From: an uncultured Planctomycetaceae bacterium
GTDB taxonomy: Bacteria > Planctomycetota > Planctomycetia > Planctomycetales > Planctomycetaceae
Assembly: GCA_963976765.1 (NCBI GenBank)
Contig: CAXBME010000019.1
Location: forward strand, 62,001-126,000
Length of the DNA: 64,000 nt
Direction of reading: 5' to 3'
Made by a program: the position numbers and the translations under genes. Position 1 is the stretch's first letter. Every line of letters starts with the position of its first letter. Shown here in pieces: positions 1 through 10,370 of this stretch. The notes under the pieces were generated by a model. The model was not told the DNA's origin. It saw only the letters and a list, made by a program, of their open reading frames with translations, and searched no databases.

Positions 1-1308
1 TATCTCGCGTGTGTCCTGGCATTAGTATGTTTAGCGGCTGCTTTTGGACGCGGAATGCTGGTCAGTTTTGTGGCAGCCAGAGCCAGAGCATCAATGCAAC
101 GGGCGGACTACCGGTCTGCTGAGACATGGTTCCAGGTTGCTGATCTTATTGCCCCTTCAGACGCCAGTATTGCGTTTGGGGAAGCTCGATTAAATCGGCA
201 TCTTGGCCATCACGAATTGTTTGCCGAGTGGCTCAAAGAATCGCAATTGCGAGGATTTCCGGATAGTCGGCTTGCTCTGGAGCAAACTCTGCATCGCGCG
301 ATGGCGGGCAAACTAAAGGAACTTGACCAGCAACTGCCTTCGCTCCTTATTCAGGGGACGGACGCTGATGAAATCTGTGAGGCTTACGTGCTTGGCTGCT
401 TAATGGCGTACCGGCTTGCTGATGCCGAAGCGGTTCTTCAGGTCTGGTTGTCTGATTTTCCTGACGCATCGAAAGCTCGGTTTCTGTACGGCAGATTGCT
501 GGAGCATCGGGAAAATCTGAATTCTGCTGCAGAGCAGTACACGATCGCTTCAGATCTGGATCATGGCCCATCCGCCTATGCGCTGGCGGGGGTGCTGGCT
601 GAGCAACACAAACTGGAGTCTGCCATTGTTCAGGCCACACGTGCACGCGATTTGCTTTATGACCCGCAGCCTGGAAATGTCCTGCTGGCAAGGCTTTTTC
701 GGATGAGTGGCGATCTTGATTCCGCTGAGAAGCATCTGTCTCAGGCAACCAGATCGAGTCCTGATGCTGCCGCTGTAGCATGGCGAGTCGCTGGGGTGGC
801 CGGCAGCGACGCGGTCAGTGAGATCGACAGTGAGCGTGGGGAAATTCAGCTGGCGAGAGAAAACTATGCCGAAGCAGAGGCATCTTTTCGACTGGCCGTG
901 CGAAAAAGCCCTCAAAGATGGCGGTTACGAAACGGACTTGCGACAGCATTGCGGCTGCAGGGAAATCTGGACGAAGCGTCTGAGCATCTGGCGAGTTTCC
1001 GCGCGGCAACCCAGGCGCTCAATGAGTGTGGAAGTCTGATCGACAGATTACGAACCGAGCCTGATGACGTGGAAGCTCGATTTCGTGTTGCGGAGACTTT
1101 GCTCAATCATGTCTCAGAGGATCAGGGGCTTGTCTGGCTGGAGAGTGTGCTTCAATATGATCCCGGTCACCAGGAGGCTCACCGTGTTCTTTTTGAATAT
1201 TACCGCGACCATGCTGCCATGAATTCATCTTTCTCGCGATTGGCCAAACATCATGAACAACAACTTTATGGCCAGCCGTCGCTCAGGAAACAGATGCCCG
1301 AGGGCTGA
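1..1308 (+). CDS. Tetratricopeptide-repeat protein (5' partial)
   Basis: Frame is open from base 1 (YLACVLALVCLAAAFGRGML...), so the true start lies upstream. Multiple TPR-like helices (ARFLYGRLLE, AEASFRLAVRKSP, ARFRVAETLL). Precedes an ASPIC/UnbV gene, a common planctomycete pairing. Confidence 0.8.
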   Translation, partial: YLACVLALVCLAAAFGRGMLVSFVAARARASMQRADYRSAETWFQVADLIAPSDASIAFGEARLNRHLGHHELFAEWLKESQLRGFPDSRLALEQTLHRAMAGKLKELDQQLPSLLIQGTDADEICEAYVLGCLMAYRLADAEAVLQVWLSDFPDASKARFLYGRLLEHRENLNSAAEQYTIASDLDHGPSAYALAGVLAEQHKLESAIVQATRARDLLYDPQPGNVLLARLFRMSGDLDSAEKHLSQATRSSPDAAAVAWRVAGVAGSDAVSEIDSERGEIQLARENYAEAEASFRLAVRKSPQRWRLRNGLATALRLQGNLDEASEHLASFRAATQALNECGSLIDRLRTEPDDVEARFRVAETLLNHVSEDQGLVWLESVLQYDPGHQEAHRVLFEYYRDHAAMNSSFSRLAKHHEQQLYGQPSLRKQMPEG

Positions 1309-1324
1309 CAGGCTTTCCTGTGAA

Positions 1325-3088
1325 ATGCCACCGTTACGGTATTACGGAATATTCCAGCCGATTCGTTTTGTGGTCGTTCTGTCGGCGATTTTCGTGAATG
1401 CTTCGGGATGCGATCGCGATGACGTCTCGCCGCTGTCGTTCGATTCTTTGGCCGATCAGGATTCGTCCATCTCATCAATTTCCTTTCGCGAGATCACTGC
1501 CGAGACGGGAATCGACGCTTTCTATCAAAACGGCGAAGAGTCGAAGTTTCGCGGTATCGTTGAGTCACTTGGCGGAGGCGTGGCGGTTTTTGACTTTGAC
1601 CGGGACGGCCTGCTGGATTTGTACTTTCCGCAGGGTGGTCAACTGGACGGCGAACGTCGTCCGAATGGTCGCGCGGGCGAGCTTTATCAGCAGGTCCTGT
1701 TTCCTGAATTTCGAGTAACAACTCGTTTTTCGAAGTTGGACGAACCCGGTCACTATTCACACGGCGTTGCTGCGTCGGACTACGATCAGGATGGGTTTAT
1801 CGATCTTCTGGTTACAGGCTACGGAGGATTGACTCTGTTTCGCAACGCGGGAGACGGCACGTTCGAGTCGGAAACTGACGGTGCAGAGTTGAACGATCAA
1901 CATTGGAGTTCCAGTGCCGCCTGGGGGGATGTTTCTGGGGACGGTTTCCCTGATCTCTACGTCGCTCATTACGTCGATTGGTCGCCATCGAACCATCCGA
2001 CCTGTGGTGGACCCTCTCCAACCGAGCCAGACGTATGTCCGCCGAGGAGATTTCGGGGACTTACGGACAGTCTTTACGTAAGCCGCGGTGACGGTACGTT
2101 CGAAGATGAGTCTGTCACTGCGGGGCTTGCTCCTGAAGGTAAAGGGCTGGGCGTTCTGCTCGCGGATCTCGACAACGATCATGACCTGGATATCTATGTG
2201 GCGAATGATACGGTCGAGAACTTTCTCTACCTGAATGATGGCGCAGGAAAATTTTTAGAGCAGGCGATGTTGCGGGGCGTTGCCGTCGATCACGACGGTA
2301 ATGCAAACGGCAGCATGGGAATCGCTTTGCTTGATGCGGATGGGACCGGGGCTTTCGATTTATGGGTCACCAACTATGAATCTGAGTTATTTGCACTTTA
2401 CCTGAGTCGAGGCAGCGGGCAATTCGTTTCTGAAAGTGCACAGTGGGGTTTGAACCGTCTGAAGTCCCTGCTTGTGGGGTTCGGAACCGTTTCGGCTGAT
2501 TTTGACCTGGATGCTGACGAAGACGTGGCCGTGGCAAATGGTCATGTGATTCTGTTTCCCTCTAATGCTCCTTTGAGGCAGAAACCGCTGATCCTTGAGA
2601 ACCATGGGCAGCGATTCCGTCCTGTTGCATCTGCTGAGCAGTCTTTGCTTGAGACACCTCGCCGAGGTCGAGGGTTGGCCGTCGGTGACTTGAACAGTGA
2701 TGGTTTGCTGGATCTGGTTTTTGCGAACCTGCAGGAGCCATGTTCAATCGCCGTCAATGAAACGGCAACTGAGGGGAAGTCACTTGCGGTTCGCTTGATC
2801 GGGACGACGTCTGCTCGACAGCCAGTGGGAGCCGTCGTCCGATTGCGATCTGATCGAGGCGAACAGATTCGTCAATTAACGGGCGGCGGCAGTTACCTTT
2901 CGACCAGTGACGAGCGGATTCACTTCGGACTTGCAGCAGAGACGACTTTGTCATCAGTCTCACTGGAGATCTGGTGGCCGAGCGGGCACACCCAGCAGAT
3001 TTCCCAATCGAATTTGGCTTCACTGATTTCAGGTCAGTCGAGACTTCGTCTGGATATTGTCGAGCATGGCCGGATGGTGTTCCCCTGA
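1325..3088 (+). CDS. CRTAC1/ASPIC-UnbV family protein with FG-GAP repeats, probable lipoprotein
   Basis: Repeated DFDRDGLLDLY, DYDQDGFIDLL and DLDNDHDLDIY motifs. C-terminal ASPIC signature GGGSYLS...IHFGL...WPSG. Hydrophobic stretch ending NASGC. Start chosen at ATG 1325; the ORF track starts at 1253. Confidence 0.9.
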   Translation: MPPLRYYGIFQPIRFVVVLSAIFVNASGCDRDDVSPLSFDSLADQDSSISSISFREITAETGIDAFYQNGEESKFRGIVESLGGGVAVFDFDRDGLLDLYFPQGGQLDGERRPNGRAGELYQQVLFPEFRVTTRFSKLDEPGHYSHGVAASDYDQDGFIDLLVTGYGGLTLFRNAGDGTFESETDGAELNDQHWSSSAAWGDVSGDGFPDLYVAHYVDWSPSNHPTCGGPSPTEPDVCPPRRFRGLTDSLYVSRGDGTFEDESVTAGLAPEGKGLGVLLADLDNDHDLDIYVANDTVENFLYLNDGAGKFLEQAMLRGVAVDHDGNANGSMGIALLDADGTGAFDLWVTNYESELFALYLSRGSGQFVSESAQWGLNRLKSLLVGFGTVSADFDLDADEDVAVANGHVILFPSNAPLRQKPLILENHGQRFRPVASAEQSLLETPRRGRGLAVGDLNSDGLLDLVFANLQEPCSIAVNETATEGKSLAVRLIGTTSARQPVGAVVRLRSDRGEQIRQLTGGGSYLSTSDERIHFGLAAETTLSSVSLEIWWPSGHTQQISQSNLASLISGQSRLRLDIVEHGRMVFP

Positions 3089-3114
3089 CAAAGATTGAAA
3101 ATCGTTTCAAGCTG

Positions 3115-4077
3115 CTATTTCGCGGGAGATTGCCTGTCTGTGATCGTTGCTTTTCTGCGAAGCTCCGAGATCAGGCCGTCCTGAAGTTTGCCAGAGAGTT
3201 CCTGAAAGATTTCGCCTCGAGCGTCTTCGAGGCTCAGGTCGCCGGGGATGATTTCGGTGACTGTCAGAATGTGCATTCCGAATGGCGTTTCGAACGGCTC
3301 GCTGACTTCGCCTGTCTTGAGTCTGAAGGCGACATTGGTCAGGTCTTGAGGCATCCGACCACGGAAAGCGAACTGGCCAATGTTGCCGCCATCTTTTCCG
3401 CTCGGGCTGTCCGAGTGTTCGGCCGCGGCATCAGCAAATTTTGTATTCTTGTCGATGATTGACTGGCGGGTTTCCGAGAGCTGCTGTTTCAAGGCTGCTT
3501 TTTTCTCGTCATTCGCGTCGCGTGGCAGGCGTTTTACGATCTGAGCGGCTCGAACTTCCGTACCGTCGAACTTTGTCCGGTTCGACTTCCAGTAATCGGC
3601 GACGGCCTTGTCGGTGATCACGAGCTTTGCGTGGGCTCTCCAGGCCAGAGGCAACGCGACCTCTTCCGCAAAAGATTCTCGCGTGTAGCCAAGGTTCTTC
3701 AGGGCTTCGTCAAAGTTGAGCCCTTCCCGAGTAATCAGTTTTTCGGCGCGAGCGACACGCTCCTGAACGAGCGACTCCGGAGCGGTGATCTTCCGGCTGC
3801 GGAGAAACTCTTTCAGCAGGTGGCGATCGATCAGCAACTCGATATATCGATCACGAACTGATGGTTTGAGTTCTTCGCGGACGTCTCTCGACAGGTAGAG
3901 GAATTCGAGATCGCTTTCCGTGATCTTCGTGCCGTTAACGACGGCGAGTGCTGTCGCCGATTCGTCAGCTTTCGCTGCGAAAATTTGCAGCTGGGCGAAG
4001 GTCAGTGCCGCAATGAAGATTCGCAATGCAGTCGGAGAAACTCGAAAGTAGCAGGTCACGGTGTGACTCCTTTTCAC
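3115..4077 (-). CDS. Exported PpiC-type peptidyl-prolyl isomerase / SurA-PrsA-like foldase
   Basis: Signal-like N-terminus, AVVNGTKIT SurA-N motif, parvulin motifs FADAAAEHSD..SGKDGGNIG and GEVSEPFETPFGMHIL. Confidence 0.9.
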   Translation of the reverse strand: MKRSHTVTCYFRVSPTALRIFIAALTFAQLQIFAAKADESATALAVVNGTKITESDLEFLYLSRDVREELKPSVRDRYIELLIDRHLLKEFLRSRKITAPESLVQERVARAEKLITREGLNFDEALKNLGYTRESFAEEVALPLAWRAHAKLVITDKAVADYWKSNRTKFDGTEVRAAQIVKRLPRDANDEKKAALKQQLSETRQSIIDKNTKFADAAAEHSDSPSGKDGGNIGQFAFRGRMPQDLTNVAFRLKTGEVSEPFETPFGMHILTVTEIIPGDLSLEDARGEIFQELSGKLQDGLISELRRKATITDRQSPAK

Positions 4078-4125
4078 GCCTTAGACTTGTGTCACGATGG
4101 AAATGCGAATGGTTCAGTTCCTGAC

Positions 4126-4196
4126 GCAGGGTGGGCACCGCCCACCGATGGTTTTCAGATCAAACGCGGGACCCTTAGTGGGCAGTGCCTCCCTGC
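4126..4196. repeat. Inverted pair of REP-like palindromes (GCAGGGTGGGCAC.GCCCAC family)
   Basis: GCAGGGTGGGCACCGCCCACC at 4126-4146 and inverted AGTGGGCAGTGCCTCCCTGC at 4177-4196, between obgE and the foldase gene. Confidence 0.6.
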
Positions 4197-4199
4197 TCG

Positions 4200-5237
4200 C
4201 TACACGTATTCGCGTTTGGGCGGCGGCTGCCAGTCATCCTCATTTTCCTGAGCGGGGCCGATCAGCTTCAGCAATGACTGAGTCAACTCCGGGAGACCTT
4301 TGCCGGTGACCGCTGAAATCTGCATGACTGACTTGCCGATTTCTTTACTGAGTCGTTCGGCCGTTTCAGCGGCTTCCGGCAGTTCGCATTTCGTCACGAC
4401 GGGTAATTCCGGTCGGTCGAGCAGCGTTGCATCGTACATTCGTAATTCGTCGCGGATGTTGCGGTAATTGTCGATCGGATCGGTGCCGTCTACCGGAGCA
4501 GGCTCGACCAGATGTACGAAGACGCCCGTACGCTCGACATGCCGCAGAAATTCGTGTCCCAGTCCGACGCCCTCGTGAGCGCCTTCGATCAATCCAGGAA
4601 TGTCGGCGATCACAAACTGTTGACCGTACCCGATGCGGACCATGCCCAGATTCGGGTACTTGGTCGTGAACGGGTAGTTGGCGATTTCCGGTGTCGCGCG
4701 AGTCATCCGGCTGAGCAACGTCGACTTGCCGGCGTTTGGTTTTCCGACCAGACCCACATCGGCGATCAGTTTCAGATCAAGCCGAATGGTGCGTTGTTCT
4801 CCGACCTGCCCGTATTCGAATTCGCGAGGTGCCCGGTTTACCGAATTGGCGAAGTGCTTGTTGCCGCGTCCTCCGTTTCCCCCTTTGGCGACGGTGATTG
4901 ATTGCCCGTCGGCGTCAAGGTCACGCAGCAGGTTTCCGTTCTTCGCGTCATAAATCAGCGTGCCGACAGGGACCAGGATGATGGAATCCTTACCGCGTTT
5001 TCCGGTTTTGAGTTTCCCCTGCCCGTGGCCGCCCCGCTCGGCATTCCAGTGTTTGTGGCCTAAAAGGTGAGCCAGGTTCGAAAGGTCTTTGCTCGCCTTC
5101 ACCTCCACATTTCCGCCGCTGGCACCGTCGCCGCCATCCGGGCCTCCGCGCGGCACGTGAGCTTCCCGGCGGAAACTCAGGCAACCATTTCCACCATCGC
5201 CAGCTTTGCAAAGCAGCTCAATCTGATCAACAAACAT
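4200..5237 (-). CDS. obgE: GTPase ObgE/CgtA
   Basis: Canonical MFVD start, Gly-rich Obg fold, G1 GKPNAGKS, G2 YPFTT, G3 DIPG, G4 TKCE, G5 SAV. Confidence 0.97.
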   Translation of the reverse strand: MFVDQIELLCKAGDGGNGCLSFRREAHVPRGGPDGGDGASGGNVEVKASKDLSNLAHLLGHKHWNAERGGHGQGKLKTGKRGKDSIILVPVGTLIYDAKNGNLLRDLDADGQSITVAKGGNGGRGNKHFANSVNRAPREFEYGQVGEQRTIRLDLKLIADVGLVGKPNAGKSTLLSRMTRATPEIANYPFTTKYPNLGMVRIGYGQQFVIADIPGLIEGAHEGVGLGHEFLRHVERTGVFVHLVEPAPVDGTDPIDNYRNIRDELRMYDATLLDRPELPVVTKCELPEAAETAERLSKEIGKSVMQISAVTGKGLPELTQSLLKLIGPAQENEDDWQPPPKREYV

Positions 5238-5498
5238 CGTCGCAATTCTCTTAAGGGACTCATTACTCGCCCGCAGGATACCGAAGCGACTCTGCAAAAC
5301 GTAGGGTCAATGCCCAGCCATTTGACGCTGCGGATGGTGCTTCCGGCCTGCTTTACCAGGTCGTTATCAGCGTTGTGTGCCGCTCCGAGCTGTGCGTGAG
5401 TTTCCGATTTCGGTTTTCCATTTTCCTTTTCGGATGTCCTCCGGCCAGGCATACTGATGGCCTCTCCGCCTGCCGTCATCTTTATCATGGAGCGTTTG

Positions 5499-6860
5499 AT
5501 GAGCAAACTCGTTCTCACGCTGTTAGCAGTTTCGGTCGTTCTGGTGAATCAAACGCTGCCTGCGGGTGAGCTGGCTCATGAGGGCTGGGTGTTCGAGTCG
5601 CCTCGTGCCGAAATTCAGCCGGAATCGTCCTGGCAGCCTGACGGTGGCCGAAAAAGCTCAGGCGCACTGTCGATTCAGTCGGACGATCGCGAAGGACTAA
5701 CCGGCTTGTGGACGAAAATCGTTCCCATCGAAGGCGGGGCTTACGTTCGATTTGTGGCCTCGCGACGTGCGACAAATGTCAAACATGTTCGTCGGACGGG
5801 AGCAGCTCGGCTTGTCTGGCTCAACGAAGCCGGCCAGAACGTGCGTCATGATGAGCCTTCCTTCGCGTCTTACCGACCGGGCGAACGACCTCGCGCCGAG
5901 CCGGAGTTTCCTGCCGATGGGGCCACGATTGACGGCTGGACGGAAGTCACCGGGACTTATCGAGTGCCGACCGACGCGACTCAGGCACGAATCGAGTTGC
6001 ACTTTCGGTGGGGCGATCCGAATTCCCGCGTCGAGTGGTCCGACATTTCGCTGAAGAAGATTGCCGCGCCGAGTCCTCGGACAGTCCGACTGGCGACGAT
6101 CCATTATCAGCCGCGAGAAGGAAAGACTCCGAAAGAGAAACGCGAGCAGTTCGCATCGCTGATCGCTGACGCGGCGAGTCAGAAGGCGGACTTTGTCGTC
6201 CTGCCGGAAACGCTGACGTATTACGGAACTGGTTTGAAGTACGTCGATGTCGCTGAAACAGTGCCGGGTGCATCGACCGACTACTTCGGCGAACTGGCAA
6301 AGAAATACGATCTGTACATTGTCGCGGGGCTGCTCGAACGAGACGGTCACCTTGTCTACAACGTCGCCGTGTTGCTCGGGCCGGATGGAAAGATTGCAGG
6401 AAAGTACAGAAAAGTCACTCTGCCTCGTGGCGAGATCGAAGGTGGCATCATGCCCGGCAACGAGTATCCCGTGTTTGAAACTCGCTTCGGCAAAGTCGGG
6501 ATGATGATCTGCTACGACGGATTCTTTCCGGAGGTCGCTCGCGAGTTGAGCAACAACGGCGCCGAAGTCATTGCCTGGCCAGTCTGGGGCTGCAACCCGC
6601 TGCTCGGTGCCGCGCGCGCCTGCGAAAATCACGTTTACGTCGTCAGCAGCACGTACACCGACGTGTCTTCCAACTGGATGATCTCAGCCATCTACGGACA
6701 CGACGGCGAACCACTGGCTCAGGCCAAAGAGTGGGGCTCCGTCGCCGTGACCGAAGTTGACCTCAACAAACCGCTCCATTGGCAAAGCCTCGGCGATTTC
6801 AAAGCTCAGATCGTCAGGCATCGATCGGTGACGCCGGGAGAGGCGGTCGCAAAACCGTAG
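5499..6860 (+). CDS. Exported carbon-nitrogen hydrolase (nitrilase superfamily) with N-terminal beta-sandwich/CBM-like domain
   Basis: Signal peptide [17 protein letters not shown]. Catalytic triad E (LPET), K (YRKV), C (ICYD). About 190-aa Trp-rich N-terminal domain. Start approximate (ORF track 5457). Confidence 0.85.
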   Translation: MSKLVLTLLAVSVVLVNQTLPAGELAHEGWVFESPRAEIQPESSWQPDGGRKSSGALSIQSDDREGLTGLWTKIVPIEGGAYVRFVASRRATNVKHVRRTGAARLVWLNEAGQNVRHDEPSFASYRPGERPRAEPEFPADGATIDGWTEVTGTYRVPTDATQARIELHFRWGDPNSRVEWSDISLKKIAAPSPRTVRLATIHYQPREGKTPKEKREQFASLIADAASQKADFVVLPETLTYYGTGLKYVDVAETVPGASTDYFGELAKKYDLYIVAGLLERDGHLVYNVAVLLGPDGKIAGKYRKVTLPRGEIEGGIMPGNEYPVFETRFGKVGMMICYDGFFPEVARELSNNGAEVIAWPVWGCNPLLGAARACENHVYVVSSTYTDVSSNWMISAIYGHDGEPLAQAKEWGSVAVTEVDLNKPLHWQSLGDFKAQIVRHRSVTPGEAVAKP

Positions 6861-6893
6861 CATGATTTCTTTTAATGCTTGAGGTAATACTCG

Positions 6894-7625
6894 CTAGAAA
6901 TTTTGAGGGACCGCCAGCCGGCGAATGATGATCGCAATGGCAATGACGTAAAGCACCCCGACGATGAGTAGCGGGTAAAGAAGCCAGGGGTAAGCGACGA
7001 ACAGACTCTCGGCGAGCCATGCCTGGGCGAAGCACAGCGGGGCCATGCCGAGCATCGTCGCGAACATGACTTTCCAGATGGGAATTCTCGTGAAGCCGGC
7101 GGCGTAAGAGACAAGGTCGGACGACGTCAGCGGGTTGACTCGCAGCAGAAAGACCAGCCAGCTTCCTCGCCGGTCGATTTCTGATTGAGCTTTTTCCAAC
7201 GACTGTTCAGGAAAGACTTGAGTAAGCCAGGTGGAGCCGATCGTTCTGGTAATCCCGCAGGCAATTCCGGCGCCGAGCACATTTCCAATCAGCGAAAGCA
7301 GGCCGCCGAGAAATCCTCCGAACACGACTCCACCAGGCGCGTAAAGCATGAGGCCGGGAATCGGGGCGACGACGACTTCGACCGTCACGAAGGCGACGTA
7401 AACAACCGGAGCCAGCGGCCCGCAGGTTTCGAAGAAAGTTTGCAGCCGTTCGACTTTCCACGCCGCAGCCTGATCACTTCGCAGCAGATCAAACACGATC
7501 CCGGCGGATTGCCACGACTGGAATGCCAGACCCAGCAATAGAATTCCCAGACCGGCAAAAACGAAAGCCAGAAGTCGTCGCGGCGATGATTTTTTGTGGG
7601 CGTTTTCTGAGGTCGCGTCAGGCAT
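6894..7625 (-). CDS. TVP38/TMEM64 (VTT/DedA) family membrane protein
   Basis: Multi-TM protein with APIPG, FLLRVNPL..SDLVSYAAG and TMLGMAP motifs. Confidence 0.9.
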   Translation of the reverse strand: MPDATSENAHKKSSPRRLLAFVFAGLGILLLGLAFQSWQSAGIVFDLLRSDQAAAWKVERLQTFFETCGPLAPVVYVAFVTVEVVVAPIPGLMLYAPGGVVFGGFLGGLLSLIGNVLGAGIACGITRTIGSTWLTQVFPEQSLEKAQSEIDRRGSWLVFLLRVNPLTSSDLVSYAAGFTRIPIWKVMFATMLGMAPLCFAQAWLAESLFVAYPWLLYPLLIVGVLYVIAIAIIIRRLAVPQNF

Positions 7626-7775
7626 GACGGGAAGTTATCGAATTGACTGTTTGTGTCCAAAGAAGTTGCCTGGTTCAGAGTTGCCGACAGTCGGTGCCGT
7701 TGTCATCGTACGAGGCGTTTTGAATCGGCCTTCAAACTGGCCGCGTGGGTCGAACTTTGCAGGAAAGTCCACATC

Positions 7776-8147
7776 ATGTCGAGCGATGATCAAGTCACTG
7801 TTTCCGTTGACCAGGGGGTCTCGGTTGTCCACCTTGGAGCGGACCTGGACAGTATCTACGAGAGCGAACTGGCAGGTTTACAGGCGGTTCGGAAACTGGC
7901 TGACACTGCGTCGCCGCCGCTCATGCTGATCGACCTGTCGAACGTTAAGTACTTCGGTTCATCGTTCATCGGGCTGCTCATGGCTACTTCCAACCGGCTG
8001 AAAGAGCGTGGCGACGGGCGACTTGGACTTTGCGGTCTGACACCATTTGCACGCATGGCTTTTGAATCGACGAAGGCGGACACAATTTTCGCTTTGTTCA
8101 ACAGCCGTGGCGAAGGCCTGGCCGCTCTGGCTTCGCACGTTGAGTAA
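7776..8147 (+). CDS. STAS domain anti-sigma factor antagonist
   Basis: 123 aa, LIDLSNVKYFGSSFIGLL...GRLGLCGL motif. ATG at 7776 is in frame with ORF 7653. Confidence 0.88.
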   Translation: MSSDDQVTVSVDQGVSVVHLGADLDSIYESELAGLQAVRKLADTASPPLMLIDLSNVKYFGSSFIGLLMATSNRLKERGDGRLGLCGLTPFARMAFESTKADTIFALFNSRGEGLAALASHVE

Positions 8148-8196
8148 TTGTTGAGTGACGAGACGCTGCGTCGAGACGCCCCCTGCGCTCTGGCAG

Positions 8197-9156
8197 TTAT
8201 TGAGCAGCGACTGTGGCCACGACCACAAGCAGCGCAACGAAAACGCACGTCGCGACGAGCATGATCTTTGCGACTGAATAAGGAGCGGAGCCGGTCACGT
8301 ACGAAGCGTTCTGCCCGCAGATCACCATGCGATAGAGCCGCCCTTTGTAGCGGTATGCAAGGATCCAGGCTGGCAGCGAAATTCGCTTCGTGATCAGTTT
8401 TCGCAGTACGACCGAAACCTGAGTCTTACGGAATCGACTGCCGGGAATGTGCTGACTCTCGACGCGTTGAGCGGCGATGACCTGAATGGCCTCGATAATC
8501 TGCTGCCGGGCCTGCGATCGCTGCAGTTCGAACTGTTCGATCGTCGCATTTTGAGCGCCTTCCGGTTGCTCGCGAATGGTCGCCAGATTGAATCCGGAGC
8601 CGATGGCTGAGACTTCGCCGTTAGAAAGTCCGCGTGAGGCTGAAACAAGAATGTCGTCAAAGGTCATACTGACCTGTCCCGAATGCGGTGCCCAGGCGGA
8701 TCGTCGCGAGCCGGCGTTCGAGTCTGCTGCCCAGCTGACGCTTGATTCCGCGTCAAAAACCCAGCCAACCCACCACAAGGGTTTGAGCTGTTCGAGTCTC
8801 GCGGAAGTGGTCAGGTCGGACGGTCGGAACCATCCGAGCGAACTCAGCCAGTGGCGCATTGCTTTCCGGGCTTCGTCCTGGCCGATCGTAAATGGCAGGT
8901 AACCTTCTGACTGTTCCTGCGGATCTTCGAGCGTTTCGACTTCCATCACTGAGTCGCAGAATGTGCACGAAGGAGCCTGGTGTTTGATGTCGTACGCCGT
9001 GGCCGCGCCGCAACCTTTGCAGCGGAGAACCTGCACGGTCAATTTCTCCGCTTGCGGGCGTTGTGCAGGGGCAGCCAGTCCGCAGATCGAGCAACGCAGG
9101 TCGCCGGTTTCGAGTGGCGACTCGCAACGTTCACAGTTTGCAATGGCAGAAGTCAC
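8197..9156 (-). CDS. Zn-ribbon membrane-anchored protein (YdjG-like)
   Basis: Four CxxC pairs (CERC, CSIC, CKGC, CTFC), YLPFTI motif, LPAWILAYRY...ICGQ, C-terminal TM helix. Confidence 0.75.
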   Translation of the reverse strand: MTSAIANCERCESPLETGDLRCSICGLAAPAQRPQAEKLTVQVLRCKGCGAATAYDIKHQAPSCTFCDSVMEVETLEDPQEQSEGYLPFTIGQDEARKAMRHWLSSLGWFRPSDLTTSARLEQLKPLWWVGWVFDAESSVSWAADSNAGSRRSAWAPHSGQVSMTFDDILVSASRGLSNGEVSAIGSGFNLATIREQPEGAQNATIEQFELQRSQARQQIIEAIQVIAAQRVESQHIPGSRFRKTQVSVVLRKLITKRISLPAWILAYRYKGRLYRMVICGQNASYVTGSAPYSVAKIMLVATCVFVALLVVVATVAAQ

Positions 9157-9164
9157 GGCGTTCC

Positions 9165-10106
9165 TCAGTTCTGAGAGGCAATGGCCAGAATGAAACCACC
9201 GACAACCACTACGCCGACAAGCACCGCGATCGTGACTTTGATCGCGGAGATTGGCACTTTACCGCCGACGCGTCCGGTCTGGCCGTTGACGAGAATCTGC
9301 ACCGGCGGCCGATCTTCGGCATAGCGAATCGCGAAGGACCACACAGGCAGCAGGACGAGGTCAATCACTTCCTGCGAAAGGTGCGTTTCAAATTGCAGGT
9401 CGCGATGCGAATCTCCCGGCATGAAGTCGTCGAGCATTTTACCGACCTTCGCTACCGACTCGTTGTGCGACAGTTGAAAGCAGTCTTCTTTCGAACGGGA
9501 TGGGTCTTCCGCGATCCACCCGGAAATAAACGACGGGGCGTATGGCCGCAGTGCTCGCAGGTCGAACGGTTCGATGGCTTCCAGAGCGTTGTTGGTAACG
9601 CCTGCCGAAGCAGTCACAACGACGTCGACGATGTAAGTCGAGTGCTGGCCACTGAGTGATCGGTATTCCGTTTTTGTCACCGTTCGCGTCCGGGTAACGG
9701 TGTTACCCTTGGAGTCAGTCGTGGTGTAAGTCTCGGTTTCCGTGTAGTTCTCGCCAATCCTGGCGGAGTAGTTGGAGTCGGCGATCGCTCCGTAAAGATA
9801 CGCCGGCAGATAGACCCCTCGCGTCAGTTCGGGAGCGGCCTGCTTGAAGTCCGACCGCGCAAAGATGCTGGACGAGTTGATCCAGTCTTGAACCGCGGCG
9901 GCAGCGCGATCATGGTCGACGACGAAACCAACGACAAACGACGGGGCAGGGCGGTTGGCTGATGGTGGTCGCTCGATGACCGACGGCGATGCGCAGTAAG
10001 GGCAGACTGTCGTGCGAAGATGCGCATCCACCAGCAGCGTCGACCCGCATGCCTGACACGAGATTTCGACGTGCTCGATTGCCTGTTCGGGGGCACCGTC
10101 CGTCAT
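9165..10106 (-). CDS. Zn-ribbon membrane-anchored protein (YdjG-like), paralog of the downstream gene
   Basis: CQAC...CPYC, GVYLPAY, AIEPFDL, LLPVW...VNGQTGRVGG, C-terminal TM helix. Confidence 0.8.
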   Translation of the reverse strand: MTDGAPEQAIEHVEISCQACGSTLLVDAHLRTTVCPYCASPSVIERPPSANRPAPSFVVGFVVDHDRAAAAVQDWINSSSIFARSDFKQAAPELTRGVYLPAYLYGAIADSNYSARIGENYTETETYTTTDSKGNTVTRTRTVTKTEYRSLSGQHSTYIVDVVVTASAGVTNNALEAIEPFDLRALRPYAPSFISGWIAEDPSRSKEDCFQLSHNESVAKVGKMLDDFMPGDSHRDLQFETHLSQEVIDLVLLPVWSFAIRYAEDRPPVQILVNGQTGRVGGKVPISAIKVTIAVLVGVVVVGGFILAIASQN

Positions 10107-10370
10107 TTGAGAACTCTACTGAGCTGGAGAATGATGAACACCTGGCGGAACGCTGCGCGGCGAACGCAGAAGTTGCCAGTTGGTTCATTCAATCAAATCC
10201 GACTTGCGCAGGCCAGGAGACCACCTCGGCGGAGAAACAACGCATACAGCATTCGTGATTGTGGGCAGCCTCGTTCAATGCAGCTTCCAGGCGACCTGAG
10301 TCGCGGACTCAGACAGTTTCGGTCTTATGGATCAAGGCATGTGGATCATGCAGGCTGCCAGCCACGCGGG

